Source: Candidatus Komeilibacteria bacterium
Lineage (GTDB): Bacteria; Patescibacteriota; Patescibacteriia; UBA1558
NCBI GenBank assembly: GCA_048538235.1
Contig: JBLYPX010000001.1
Location: forward strand, 392,013-456,012
Direction of reading: 5' to 3'
DNA: 64,000 bases
A program made the position numbers and the translations under genes. Positions 20,807-28,887 of this stretch are shown piece after piece; positions within the stretch are counted from its first letter, which is position 1, and the number at the start of each line of letters is the position of its first letter. The notes under the pieces were generated by a model. That model was not told where the DNA came from and did not search any database. It worked only from the letters and a program-made list of their open reading frames with translations.

Positions 20807-23800
20807 TTATTTTGTGAATACACCACCATCGAATGAGCTGGTTGTACCCATATCAACCCAAGTGATATTTGCTGAATTGCTATCATCCCAATCCAAATCA
20901 CCTGCTGTTGAAACAGCGCCTAGAGAAGCAATATAAAGTTGTAGAGCATCATCAGTATCTACATCTCCATAAGTCTTAATCTTAACTGTATATTCTTCAC
21001 CACCTGCAGCAATAGCTTCATTAAGTCTATTGCCTGAACTATAAGCACCATTCTTTGCTGTTACAGAAGCAGCGTCAAATCTAACGAAGTCTGTACCTAC
21101 ACAAAGTTGTTCATCTGTTCCTGTAGCTCCGCAAGTACCAGGTGTATCTAGCGTACCATCAGCAGTAACTAATTGTGAAATTAATGTACCAGCACCATTA
21201 TAAAGTGCCATATCACCAATCCACCAATCAGTAGCAACTGTAGCACCAATACCTGTTGATTGCTTTAGAGCAACCTTAACACTGTTCAATACAGCGTCTT
21301 CAGTAGCTGAAGCGTTAGGAATAAGTTTGAACTTAAATACCTCAGTAAATCCTGCCCAAGCAGCTAAACTACCTGAAGGTACACTTGCAGCACTACCAAT
21401 TGAAAGTTTGTTTCCATAAACCTTAAAGTCGTTACCCTCAATTGATCTAGCAACGTAAACATCTGTAGCGTTTGCATGAGCGGCTGCTACAGTACCGTTA
21501 TAACCACGTACAACGATTGCTATAGTATCGCCAGTATCCCATGAAGATACATACATTTGTTCACTTTCAAGCTTGATAATATCACCAGCATTTATTCCAC
21601 TACCAGTTTCAATAGTTAAATCTGTCTCAGAACTGTCGAAACCAGCTTCGTTTAGATTCTTTGCTGAATCTGTGAATGCAAATCCATCAGAAGTTGAACC
21701 TGATTTAGGATCAATTTCAGATGTTGCACCCCAAGTTTCAAGGTCAATTAATACACCAGCTAAAGTAGCGCCTGAATCAGCACCAGCTGTAATTGAGTTT
21801 AGATCAACCTTAAGTGTTAAGTATCTTGCGTTGCTTGTACCTGCAGTAACTACGAAGTTATTACTTGTAATATCAAACTCAGTGTAACCACCAGCAAAAC
21901 TATATGTTTCAGCTAACTTAGTAGCACCTTCATATAATGCTAGTTTTACAATTTCGTCTGAACCGCCAGTACCAGTTGAAAGACCTACACGGAATTTCTT
22001 AACTTGTACATTTTCATTAGCAGCAACTAATTTCCATTTAGCTAATGCTTGATCTGTACCACCTGTAATCAATTGAGCAGATACAGGAGTATCACTAGCA
22101 GCTGTTACAGTCATTGTACCAGTACCAATGGTCATCTTTGTAGCTAGGTCATAGTTGATTTCAGCAGCAGTACTACCGTCAGCGATTGTTGTACCAGCTG
22201 AGTTTGTACCACTATAGGTATTGTTATTAGCAGTACCTTCTGATGAAATGATTGTGAAATACAATCCATCAGTTCCAGATACAAAGTCAGAATCATTCAT
22301 TGCTGATGCAATATCACCACGTAAAATGTACTTTGAACCATTTGAATTAATGTCTAAAGCAAGACCAGTAAATTCATACTCTTTAGATGAGTTTAGATTT
22401 ACCGGACCAGCAACAACATTGCCATTAACATCAACAATCTCTAAGCTTTGAACGTCATTTTGACCAGCTGTAAATACAGCTCCGCCACTAGCGTCATCGG
22501 CATTCAATTGGAATTTAATCTTATTAACCACAACATTTGTAGTGTTGTTTGACTTAATATCGAATCCTAAGAATTCAACATTTTGTGCACCTAACACCTT
22601 AGTTGCAGTAATAGGAGTTGCTGATTTATAGATCTTATAACCAGGAGTTATAACAGTCATATTATTACCAGCTGCAGAACCTGTACCAGTAACAGATGTA
22701 CCGTCAGCTTCAGTTGAACCAGTAATTGTACTACCAGTCAAAGTTGCTTTGATAATTGTACTTGTATCAGAGTCTTGTAAATCTTTTACATCAATTTCTA
22801 CACGGAATGGAACAATTCCACTAACTGTAAAGGAATCAGTGAAAGCTTTTGTAATGCTTGTTTGACTAGCAGATGTTGAAATATCTGCTGCTGAAGCTTC
22901 TGAAACCAAAATATCGTTAATATACACTCTCAAATTATCAAATTCCTGTGCATCAGTCTCTGTTGCTACAGTTCCAGCGTCATCAGCTGAAAAATCCATA
23001 TCTGTACCAGTTAAGGTTATAGATAGTCCATCAGCATTAACAGCGCCTTTTTCAGCTCTAATATTACCTCTCAATAATACAATTGTAGAATTTTGATTTA
23101 CGTCAGCTGCAACAGGGTTAACACTAGTGTCAACAGCAACAGATAGATCAGAAGCGCCTAGAGTAACATACTCATTAGCATCTGTATATGAATCAGCAAC
23201 GTCAGCATGATACATATTTGTACCACCATAGATTGCAACATCATACATACCCTCAACACTTAAGTTAAGAGTTCTACCAGCACCATCAGCTACATCAGCC
23301 TTAACATAGAACCATTCATACTTACTTGTACCAGCTTCAACTTCAAAAGGAGTAGACAAAGTGAAACGTAAGTAGTTATCACTACCCATTTCAACTGGAC
23401 CAGCAACCATGTTGCCAGAGTTGTCATATAATCTGAAGTTTGTGAAGTCGTCTGTATAAGCACGAGTTGTTCCACTCTTTGTAATGCTCTTGAATGTAAT
23501 AGCTTTAAAGATAGCTGTTTCGTTTGATTCATCGTTATCAACTTTGAATTTAGCGACAACTACATCAGAATCACCAACATTAGCTGCATTACCAATTGTA
23601 GCAGATTCTAAAGTAACATCTGGAGCTTCAATTGTTGAGTGAGTCATTGTGTTACCAGTAACTGGTAAGCCAGACACTGCTGAAGTTGTTGTAACCTCTG
23701 CAACACCAAGTGCGTTCAAGTTTCCTGAACCACCTGTTGACATAGATGCCCAAATCTCAAAAGACTTAGTAGAACCATCTGCAATAACAACTTTACTTGT

Positions 23801-24787
23801 ATCAGCTGAGAACAATAAATTTGCCTCATCTGCACTATTTAAAGATTTTACAGAACCACGTCTAATACCATCTACAACTAACCAAACTTTATCAAAGTCT
23901 GAATAAGCACCTAAACCAGATCTAGTAACTTTCATGCCAGTAACAGTAACTGCACCATCAGAAGCGGTGAAGTTAAACTTACCAAACATAATACCGTCAC
24001 TTGAAGCAACAGTAGTTGAAGATGCTGGTGAATCAGATGCCTTAGCTACGGTTAAACCGCCAGCTAATTCTGCTGGAGGAGTAGTAGAACCAATAGAACC
24101 ACCTTGTGCTACATCCATGAGAGAGCTCTCCGCGCCACTAATTGAAGTACCATCTGAATAGGCACTTAAATCTGATACTGTTAACACATAATCAGCATCA
24201 AAACCGTTAGAGGTTAGATCGTCCATGGATGCGAATGGTCTTTTGCTCATTCCATCAATGTAATAGATGGTATCACTACCTTCCATTTGTACTAATGAAC
24301 CATTAGGAACATCAGTAGCTGAAGCTAAATCACTACCTACTGAGTAGTTAGGGAAGAAAACTTCATTTACGTCGTTCACTCTTGAAGCCCAGTCTGCGCC
24401 GAATAAACCAGCAGCGATTTCCTCAGATGGAATCCATCTTAGGTTACCACTTGGCTCAACAGCATAAACTTTAGCTGTATTTGGATGAGTGATCAACTTT
24501 GTTCCAGGACGGTATAAAACCATTCCACCATCAGAATAGTTATCTAGTTCTGCAACAGTTACTAACTGTACATTACTAAAATCACTATACCATGAGAAAT
24601 ATGTTTTAGCGTCTGGAAAAACATACTTTGTAGTACCGTCGATGTAATACACTGCATCTGAGTTAGGACCCTTTACAAGATCACCAGTCTCAATTGCGAA
24701 TGAAGGCATAGCAAAACCAAGACCAAAAGTGGCGATAGTTGCTATAGCGACAGCGACAACAAAGATATTCTTTGTTAAATTTGTCAT
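20807..24787 (-). CDS. large S-layer-like cell-surface protein
   Basis: About 1326 aa from ATG 24787 (AGGAG upstream); signal peptide; three N-terminal LVKG...VYYIDG repeats; Ser/Thr/Ala/Gly/Asp-rich beta-sandwich repeats. Confidence 0.75.
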   Translation of the reverse strand: MTNLTKNIFVVAVAIATIATFGLGFAMPSFAIETGDLVKGPNSDAVYYIDGTTKYVFPDAKTYFSWYSDFSNVQLVTVAELDNYSDGGMVLYRPGTKLITHPNTAKVYAVEPSGNLRWIPSEEIAAGLFGADWASRVNDVNEVFFPNYSVGSDLASATDVPNGSLVQMEGSDTIYYIDGMSKRPFASMDDLTSNGFDADYVLTVSDLSAYSDGTSISGAESSLMDVAQGGSIGSTTPPAELAGGLTVAKASDSPASSTTVASSDGIMFGKFNFTASDGAVTVTGMKVTRSGLGAYSDFDKVWLVVDGIRRGSVKSLNSADEANLLFSADTSKVVIADGSTKSFEIWASMSTGGSGNLNALGVAEVTTTSAVSGLPVTGNTMTHSTIEAPDVTLESATIGNAANVGDSDVVVAKFKVDNDESNETAIFKAITFKSITKSGTTRAYTDDFTNFRLYDNSGNMVAGPVEMGSDNYLRFTLSTPFEVEAGTSKYEWFYVKADVADGAGRTLNLSVEGMYDVAIYGGTNMYHADVADSYTDANEYVTLGASDLSVAVDTSVNPVAADVNQNSTIVLLRGNIRAEKGAVNADGLSITLTGTDMDFSADDAGTVATETDAQEFDNLRVYINDILVSEASAADISTSASQTSITKAFTDSFTVSGIVPFRVEIDVKDLQDSDTSTIIKATLTGSTITGSTEADGTSVTGTGSAAGNNMTVITPGYKIYKSATPITATKVLGAQNVEFLGFDIKSNNTTNVVVNKIKFQLNADDASGGAVFTAGQNDVQSLEIVDVNGNVVAGPVNLNSSKEYEFTGLALDINSNGSKYILRGDIASAMNDSDFVSGTDGLYFTIISSEGTANNNTYSGTNSAGTTIADGSTAAEINYDLATKMTIGTGTMTVTAASDTPVSAQLITGGTDQALAKWKLVAANENVQVKKFRVGLSTGTGGSDEIVKLALYEGATKLAETYSFAGGYTEFDITSNNFVVTAGTSNARYLTLKVDLNSITAGADSGATLAGVLIDLETWGATSEIDPKSGSTSDGFAFTDSAKNLNEAGFDSSETDLTIETGSGINAGDIIKLESEQMYVSSWDTGDTIAIVVRGYNGTVAAAHANATDVYVARSIEGNDFKVYGNKLSIGSAASVPSGSLAAWAGFTEVFKFKLIPNASATEDAVLNSVKVALKQSTGIGATVATDWWIGDMALYNGAGTLISQLVTADGTLDTPGTCGATGTDEQLCVGTDFVRFDAASVTAKNGAYSSGNRLNEAIAAGGEEYTVKIKTYGDVDTDDALQLYIASLGAVSTAGDLDWDDSNSANITWVDMGTTSSFDGGVFTK

Positions 24788-25077
24788 TTTTTTTCTTAAT
24801 CTCCTACTTACTAGCCGCAGCACTTCCTAATATCTAGAGTAATACTCTATAAAGAGTAACTTGCTGAAAATAATTTTACCCACGAGATTTTCGCCTCGAC
24901 CTTTGATAAAAGAATTAACAGTGCTCTGTCAATTAGTGATTGAAATGCAAATCACCTAATAAGTGTTTATAACAAGAACCTATTAATTTAGGTTGTTGCT
25001 TGTTAATAATACTAATCTGTTATAAATAACAGATTGCTGTAGATATACCTTAGATATACCTACAGCAATCCACTATA

Positions 25078-26031
25078 TTATTCTATTGAATTTTCAATGT
25101 TAACTGAGTCTATAGCTGACTGAACTTCAACCACTATTCTTTTAGCTTGAGATAGAATGTCAAAAGCTGTCTTAAAATCCCCTTCACTGTATAGTTGTTC
25201 AGCCTGTGCAAGTAGCTTAGAAGCTTGTCTTACCTGTTCAAATACATATGTATCTGATGCTAACTCATCTATAGTTGGTACAAGTTCTGAAATTGCCAAT
25301 ACTTGCTCTTGAACAATACTCATTGTTTTAGCTACTGTTTCATCGGCTGTAATATCGTCATTCTCATATAGATCAATTAAAGTACTTAGTGCTTTATCTT
25401 CTACATTAGTTGTTGATGTTAACACTTCGTCTAAGATCTCTTTAGTAGTATCTGTATTAATTTGTTCTTTAGCATCACTTAAAGCAGAAATTGCTGCTGT
25501 TGCATTCTCACTAATATTCAGTGCTAGCTCATCAAGCTCTGTTCCATCTTTAGCTTTAGCTAAATCTAATGATGTAGCAGCGGCTGCTAAATCTTGTTCT
25601 AGTCTTTTTAAAGTATCGTGTAAATCTGCCTCATCTGAACCTGCCTCTTTAATCTTTGCAAGGTCTACTAATCTACGTTGTGCATGTTTGTTATATACAG
25701 CTGCTTCCTGTTCTGGAGATGATGCAAGCATTAGCTCTACCTTTTCAATAACAATACGTCCTGGATAAAGGACGCTGGTTGGTAAAGAAGCTTTAGCCAT
25801 AACTGATGTTGAGAAACCTGTAACAACTAATAATAAAATAACCATGACTCTGGCAGGAGCATAGACTAAATGATCAAGACCTATATTAAACGTAAGACCT
25901 AATCTTTTACCAAATGAAACATCGTCTGTTTCAATCTGTGACATTAATCTTTCACGATTAGAAATTACCCAAGCTTCATCTGGGGTATCTCCTTTTAACT
26001 TATGTAATTGTGATTCAATGTTGTGTGACAT
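25078..26031 (-). CDS. DUF5667 domain protein, probable anti-sigma factor
   Basis: TM followed by ASLPTSVLYPGRIVIEKVEL...RRL signature; TAATG-coupled to the ECF sigma gene. Confidence 0.75.
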   Translation of the reverse strand: MSHNIESQLHKLKGDTPDEAWVISNRERLMSQIETDDVSFGKRLGLTFNIGLDHLVYAPARVMVILLLVVTGFSTSVMAKASLPTSVLYPGRIVIEKVELMLASSPEQEAAVYNKHAQRRLVDLAKIKEAGSDEADLHDTLKRLEQDLAAAATSLDLAKAKDGTELDELALNISENATAAISALSDAKEQINTDTTKEILDEVLTSTTNVEDKALSTLIDLYENDDITADETVAKTMSIVQEQVLAISELVPTIDELASDTYVFEQVRQASKLLAQAEQLYSEGDFKTAFDILSQAKRIVVEVQSAIDSVNIENSIE

Positions 26032-26579
26032 TAATCTAAATTATAATCTTTCAAAATTTTCTTAAGCTCAGCAAGAGCTCTATGAGTTAGTGTTCTGACA
26101 TTGCCATTAGACTTATCTACTATCTTGGCAATTTCAGAAATTGATAATTCTTCTATATACCTTAGTACTACAACTTCTCTATACTCTTCCTTAAGTTTCA
26201 TCACAGCTGGCCTTAATAGTTCATTATCTATTTTGCTGTGAATCTTTTCATCTATATGTACAGCTTGTGAATCAAGCTCAAACTCTAGTGGTACTTCAGT
26301 ATTATATTTTGATCTATAGTGATCTATTATTAAATTACGGGCTATCTGGTAAAGCAATGCTTGAACTGATTGTATTGGTCCGCCTTGAGCTATTTTTTCC
26401 CATAGCTTTAGAAAACTCTGTGACGCAATATCTTCTGCAAGTTCTTTACTAGATGTTTTGTAAAACGCAAAGCGATATATCTTATTTATATACTTATTGT
26501 ATAAAGTCCCAAAAGCTTCCTTATTACCTAAGCGAGACTTTAAAACTAGTACTTTATCTGTTAATTTATCGCTAGACAT
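26031..26579 (-). CDS. ECF RNA polymerase sigma factor
   Basis: AFGTLYNKY, AEDIASQSFLKLW, LYQIARNLIIDHYR, region-4 HTH. Confidence 0.93.
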   Translation of the reverse strand: MSSDKLTDKVLVLKSRLGNKEAFGTLYNKYINKIYRFAFYKTSSKELAEDIASQSFLKLWEKIAQGGPIQSVQALLYQIARNLIIDHYRSKYNTEVPLEFELDSQAVHIDEKIHSKIDNELLRPAVMKLKEEYREVVVLRYIEELSISEIAKIVDKSNGNVRTLTHRALAELKKILKDYNLD

Positions 26580-26586
26580 TAAATAA

Positions 26587-26612
26587 GACGAATGATTAAT
26601 AGTATTGTTACA
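26587..26612 (-). promoter_or_regulatory. predicted autoregulatory ECF promoter
   Basis: Minus strand TGTAAC-N16-CGTC, 7 nt before the sigma ATG; matches the AAC/CGT ECF consensus. Confidence 0.6.
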
Positions 26613-26810
26613 GTCATTTATACCTGTTTATTACAATGTGTCATATTATAATAAAAAATAGTAGAAAAATCCACTAATTTTCGGTACTTTTTGTTAATAT
26701 CTTAAGACATCTTAAGAATACGTATATTAGCAAAAATAGGTTTTTTTGTCAATAATAGCCAAAGTAGTGTATAATAAGGTCTAGAATATTCTATACTTTA
26801 TTACTATTTT

Positions 26811-27104
26811 ATGATAAGAATCTCTATTTCAGAGGCTTCTCGCCTATTCGGCGTATCTACTAAAACAATACGCCTAGCTATTAAAAACCAGGAAATCAAA
26901 TACGTAGTTGTACGTGGTAGATACAAACTATTATTTGATTCTGTATTAAAATGGTCACAAACAGGTACTAGAAGAAAAAACAAGCTTAGTAATGAAGGAA
27001 TTGGACAATATGTAGATAAGTGGAAAATATCTAACAGAAAGTTTTCCCCAAATCCTAAAACTATACAGACAGATGAGAAAGGAAGATATTATATTAAAAA
27101 ATAG
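26811..27104 (+). CDS. excisionase/MerR-type HTH DNA-binding protein
   Basis: ISISEASRLFGVSTKTIRLAI HTH followed by the GRYK wing. Confidence 0.8.
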   Translation: MIRISISEASRLFGVSTKTIRLAIKNQEIKYVVVRGRYKLLFDSVLKWSQTGTRRKNKLSNEGIGQYVDKWKISNRKFSPNPKTIQTDEKGRYYIKK

Positions 27105-27105
27105 C

Positions 27106-27135
27106 TTGACAGGATTAATAAATAATATATATACT
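27106..27135 (+). promoter_or_regulatory. sigma70 promoter of ncRNA copy 1 and the nuclease gene
   Basis: TTGACA 27106-27111, 18-nt spacer, TATACT 27130-27135. Confidence 0.7.
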
Positions 27136-27139
27136 CTAA

Positions 27140-27223
27140 ATGTACCTATGAAGCGAAAGCTTTATACAGTCATTTAAAACTGTAAGTAGGTACATAAAAA
27201 ATTCTGGGTCGCAGAATTTTTTT
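27140..27223 (+). ncRNA. three-way-junction ncRNA, copy 1, with terminator
   Basis: P1 ATGTACCTA/TAGGTACAT; P2 TGAAGC-GAAA-GCTTTA; P3 TACAGT-8nt-ACTGTA; AG junction; then A6-TTCTG-GGTCG-CAGAA-T7. Confidence 0.75.
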
Positions 27224-27242
27224 GTTTGAATAAATTAAATAT

Positions 27243-27623
27243 ATGACCTCTTTTAAAAAATTACTAAAGGAAAATCATTTGTGGTATAAAAAGATAGGTA
27301 AGGTATATTGCCCCATTTTAAATGAGCGTATTATCTTTAACTCTAAAGGATTTTATCATCTTAGATATAAATCAAGTGGTGGCGCTAGATCTATTAATGA
27401 ACAAATGTATAAAATTGGATTACTACCACTTGTCATTCCTGTTATAAAACGCGCCACATATATACATGAGTATAAGAAAAAAAGATATTCTAAGGCTATA
27501 AACAAATACTTTGAAATTTGGGAACTACGAGCAAAAGTGGGTAAACAAAAATCAGAAATAGCAGTGGTTTTAAGAAGGGTGGGTAATGGAAATATTACAT
27601 TCTTTAGTGTGTGGAAAAATTAA
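27243..27623 (+). CDS. putative BECR/RelE-like (PBECR-type) ribonuclease toxin
   Basis: 126 aa, very basic; I.FNSKGFYHL..K...R...E motif and C-terminal beta-strands ending FFSVW resemble phage-Barnase-EndoU-ColicinE5/D-RelE-like nucleases (recognised by eye, no search run). Confidence 0.5.
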   Translation: MTSFKKLLKENHLWYKKIGKVYCPILNERIIFNSKGFYHLRYKSSGGARSINEQMYKIGLLPLVIPVIKRATYIHEYKKKRYSKAINKYFEIWELRAKVGKQKSEIAVVLRRVGNGNITFFSVWKN

Positions 27624-27625
27624 AT

Positions 27626-27717
27626 AAAAAATCTCCAAAAATGGAGATTTTTTACATACTCGCTTTCAGCGTGAGGAATTCCTTTAGCCGAATAAAGCTT
27701 TCACTTCACGAGTATGT
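27626..27717 (-). ncRNA. three-way-junction ncRNA, copy 2, with bidirectional terminator
   Basis: Minus strand: P1 ACATACTCG/CGAGTATGT; P2 TGAAGT-GAAA-GCTTTA; P3 TTCGGC-16nt-GCTGAA; AG junction; A6-TCTCCA-TTTT-TGGAGA-T6. Confidence 0.75.
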
Positions 27718-27721
27718 TTAT

Positions 27722-27749
27722 AGTATACATCTTTTAAAACTTTTGTCAA
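27722..27749 (-). promoter_or_regulatory. sigma70 promoter of ncRNA copy 2
   Basis: Minus strand TTGACA (27749-27744), 16-nt spacer, TATACT (27727-27722). Confidence 0.7.
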
Positions 27750-27770
27750 TATTACATACTAATAAAAAGT

Positions 27771-27799
27771 AAAAGAGACGGATTATCCGTCTCTTTTTT
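27771..27799. terminator. intrinsic terminator of the 78-aa gene
   Basis: AAAAGAGACGGA-TTA-TCCGTCTCTTTT. Confidence 0.8.
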
Positions 27800-27801
27800 A
27801 A

Positions 27802-28038
27802 TTAATTCACAGGCATGTCTTCAGCCTGCTGTATAACGCTTCTGAAAAGCTTTCGCTTGTCGCTCAATTGCTGATTTAGTTGATGCAGCTGTCTCGCTGT
27901 CTCCCTATACTCAGGACAACAGCGAGCCTCAGCGCGCGTTTTACTTCCTCGCAATTGATTCAATTTCGTATGCAGTCCTGCAACTAGATTAGCAATGTCG
28001 TCTACATCATGTGGGTCTACTCCGGCATATGTTTTCAT
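27802..28038 (-). CDS. small helical hypothetical protein
   Basis: 78 aa, AGGAG RBS, own terminator, visibly more GC-rich than its neighbours. Confidence 0.65.
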   Translation of the reverse strand: MKTYAGVDPHDVDDIANLVAGLHTKLNQLRGSKTRAEARCCPEYRETARQLHQLNQQLSDKRKLFRSVIQQAEDMPVN

Positions 28039-28072
28039 ACGCTCTCCTTTTCAGTTTTGGGTGTACAATTTT

Positions 28073-28243
28073 AAAACCAGTCCTTCGTATGACTGGTTTT
28101 CTCTTCTCTATGAATAAATACCAGTCGTCAGATCTTAATAGGAATAATAACAAAAGTCAAATTTAGAATTGACTTAAGACCCATTAGATTGACGACGACA
28201 TTATTCATATATTTATGATAAACATAAATAAATTATTATGCAA
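28073..28243 (-). promoter_or_regulatory. promoter plus structured leader with a terminator/antiterminator (attenuator or riboswitch candidate)
   Basis: TTGCAT-17-TATCAT; long hairpin 28208-28110; terminator AAAACCAGTC/GACTGGTTTT; a second GACTGGT in the leader can sequester the terminator 5' strand. Confidence 0.55.
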
Positions 28244-28257
28244 GTGTGGAAATATAA

Positions 28258-28542
28258 TTATTTCAATGATGCTGTAAATGTCTTATCTAAAGCTCCTGCT
28301 ATTTTAACTAGCAGATCTAAACTTGGATTATATTTACCGCTCTCTATTCTAGCTATAGCAGACTGCTTAGTACCTATTCTTTTAGCTAACTCTGACTGTG
28401 TATACCCTTTCTTTTGTCTTGCTTCTAAAATTGAGCTTATAATCTCATACTTAGCTCTAGCAATATTATATGCTGCTTTACCTTTAGTGCTAGTATTTAA
28501 TTCTTCTTTAAAATCTTTAAATTTTATATATTTGTCTTTCAT
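28258..28542 (-). CDS. XRE-family HTH antitoxin (HigA-like)
   Basis: ARQKKGYTQSELAKRIGTKQSAIARIESG.NPSL; own leaderless promoter TTGTAA-17-TATACT. Confidence 0.88.
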   Translation of the reverse strand: MKDKYIKFKDFKEELNTSTKGKAAYNIARAKYEIISSILEARQKKGYTQSELAKRIGTKQSAIARIESGKYNPSLDLLVKIAGALDKTFTASLK

Positions 28543-28581
28543 AAATATAGTATAACGTATATGTTATATTCTTACAAGTCT

Positions 28582-28887
28582 TTATTTATATGTATATTTC
28601 CTAGTTAATGCTAGTCTTATTTCCTTAAGAGGGATTTTATTACTCTTTTTTATAAAACCGTGTACTATGATAGCTTTATTATTGTTAAAAAAGTATATTA
28701 ATCTATATTGTTTACTTGCATTCACTCTTAATTCATAAATCCCATATCTAATGGACTTACTATAGGGCATCCTAATATTATGACCATATTTTTCCAACAA
28801 TAAAATACAAGTTAAAATTTCAGATAGATCATTCTTAGAAAGTTTATAAATAAACTTTGCAACTTTATCGTGAAGTGTTATTTCCAT
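28582..28887 (-). CDS. RelE/ParE (HigB/Gp49-like) toxin
   Basis: MPYSKSI..GIYELRV...YRLIY...HGFIKKSNKIP..EI; toxin-first order. Confidence 0.9.
   Translation of the reverse strand: MEITLHDKVAKFIYKLSKNDLSEILTCILLLEKYGHNIRMPYSKSIRYGIYELRVNASKQYRLIYFFNNNKAIIVHGFIKKSNKIPLKEIRLALTRKYTYK

Noticed and set aside
21573-24161. Several antisense or alternate-frame ORFs inside the S-layer-like gene (also within the AMP phosphorylase, rbcL, secD, mreB, frr and recJ genes)
   Set aside because: They lie opposite or within confident genes, have no RBS or recognisable motifs, and are expected from codon bias.
27140-27195. Twin 3WJ RNAs as hammerhead ribozymes or tRNAs
   Set aside because: No CUGANGA/GAAA junction core (the GAAA here is a tetraloop), no T-loop or D-loop consensus, no CCA end, and only three stems.
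27140-27717. Twin RNAs as terminal inverted repeats of an IS or MITE
   Set aside because: Identity is limited to the internal 16-nt arm while the outer stems covary; each copy has its own promoter and terminator; the enclosed ORF shows no transposase motif and no target duplication was seen.
28110-28208. Leader hairpin as 6S RNA, SRP RNA or a purine/ZTP/c-di-nucleotide riboswitch
   Set aside because: Too short for 6S, lacks the SRP domain IV motif, and I could not find the consensus nucleotides of those riboswitches; kept only as an unassigned candidate.
28238-28555. 105-aa plus-strand ORF
   Set aside because: Antisense shadow of the clear XRE antitoxin gene.
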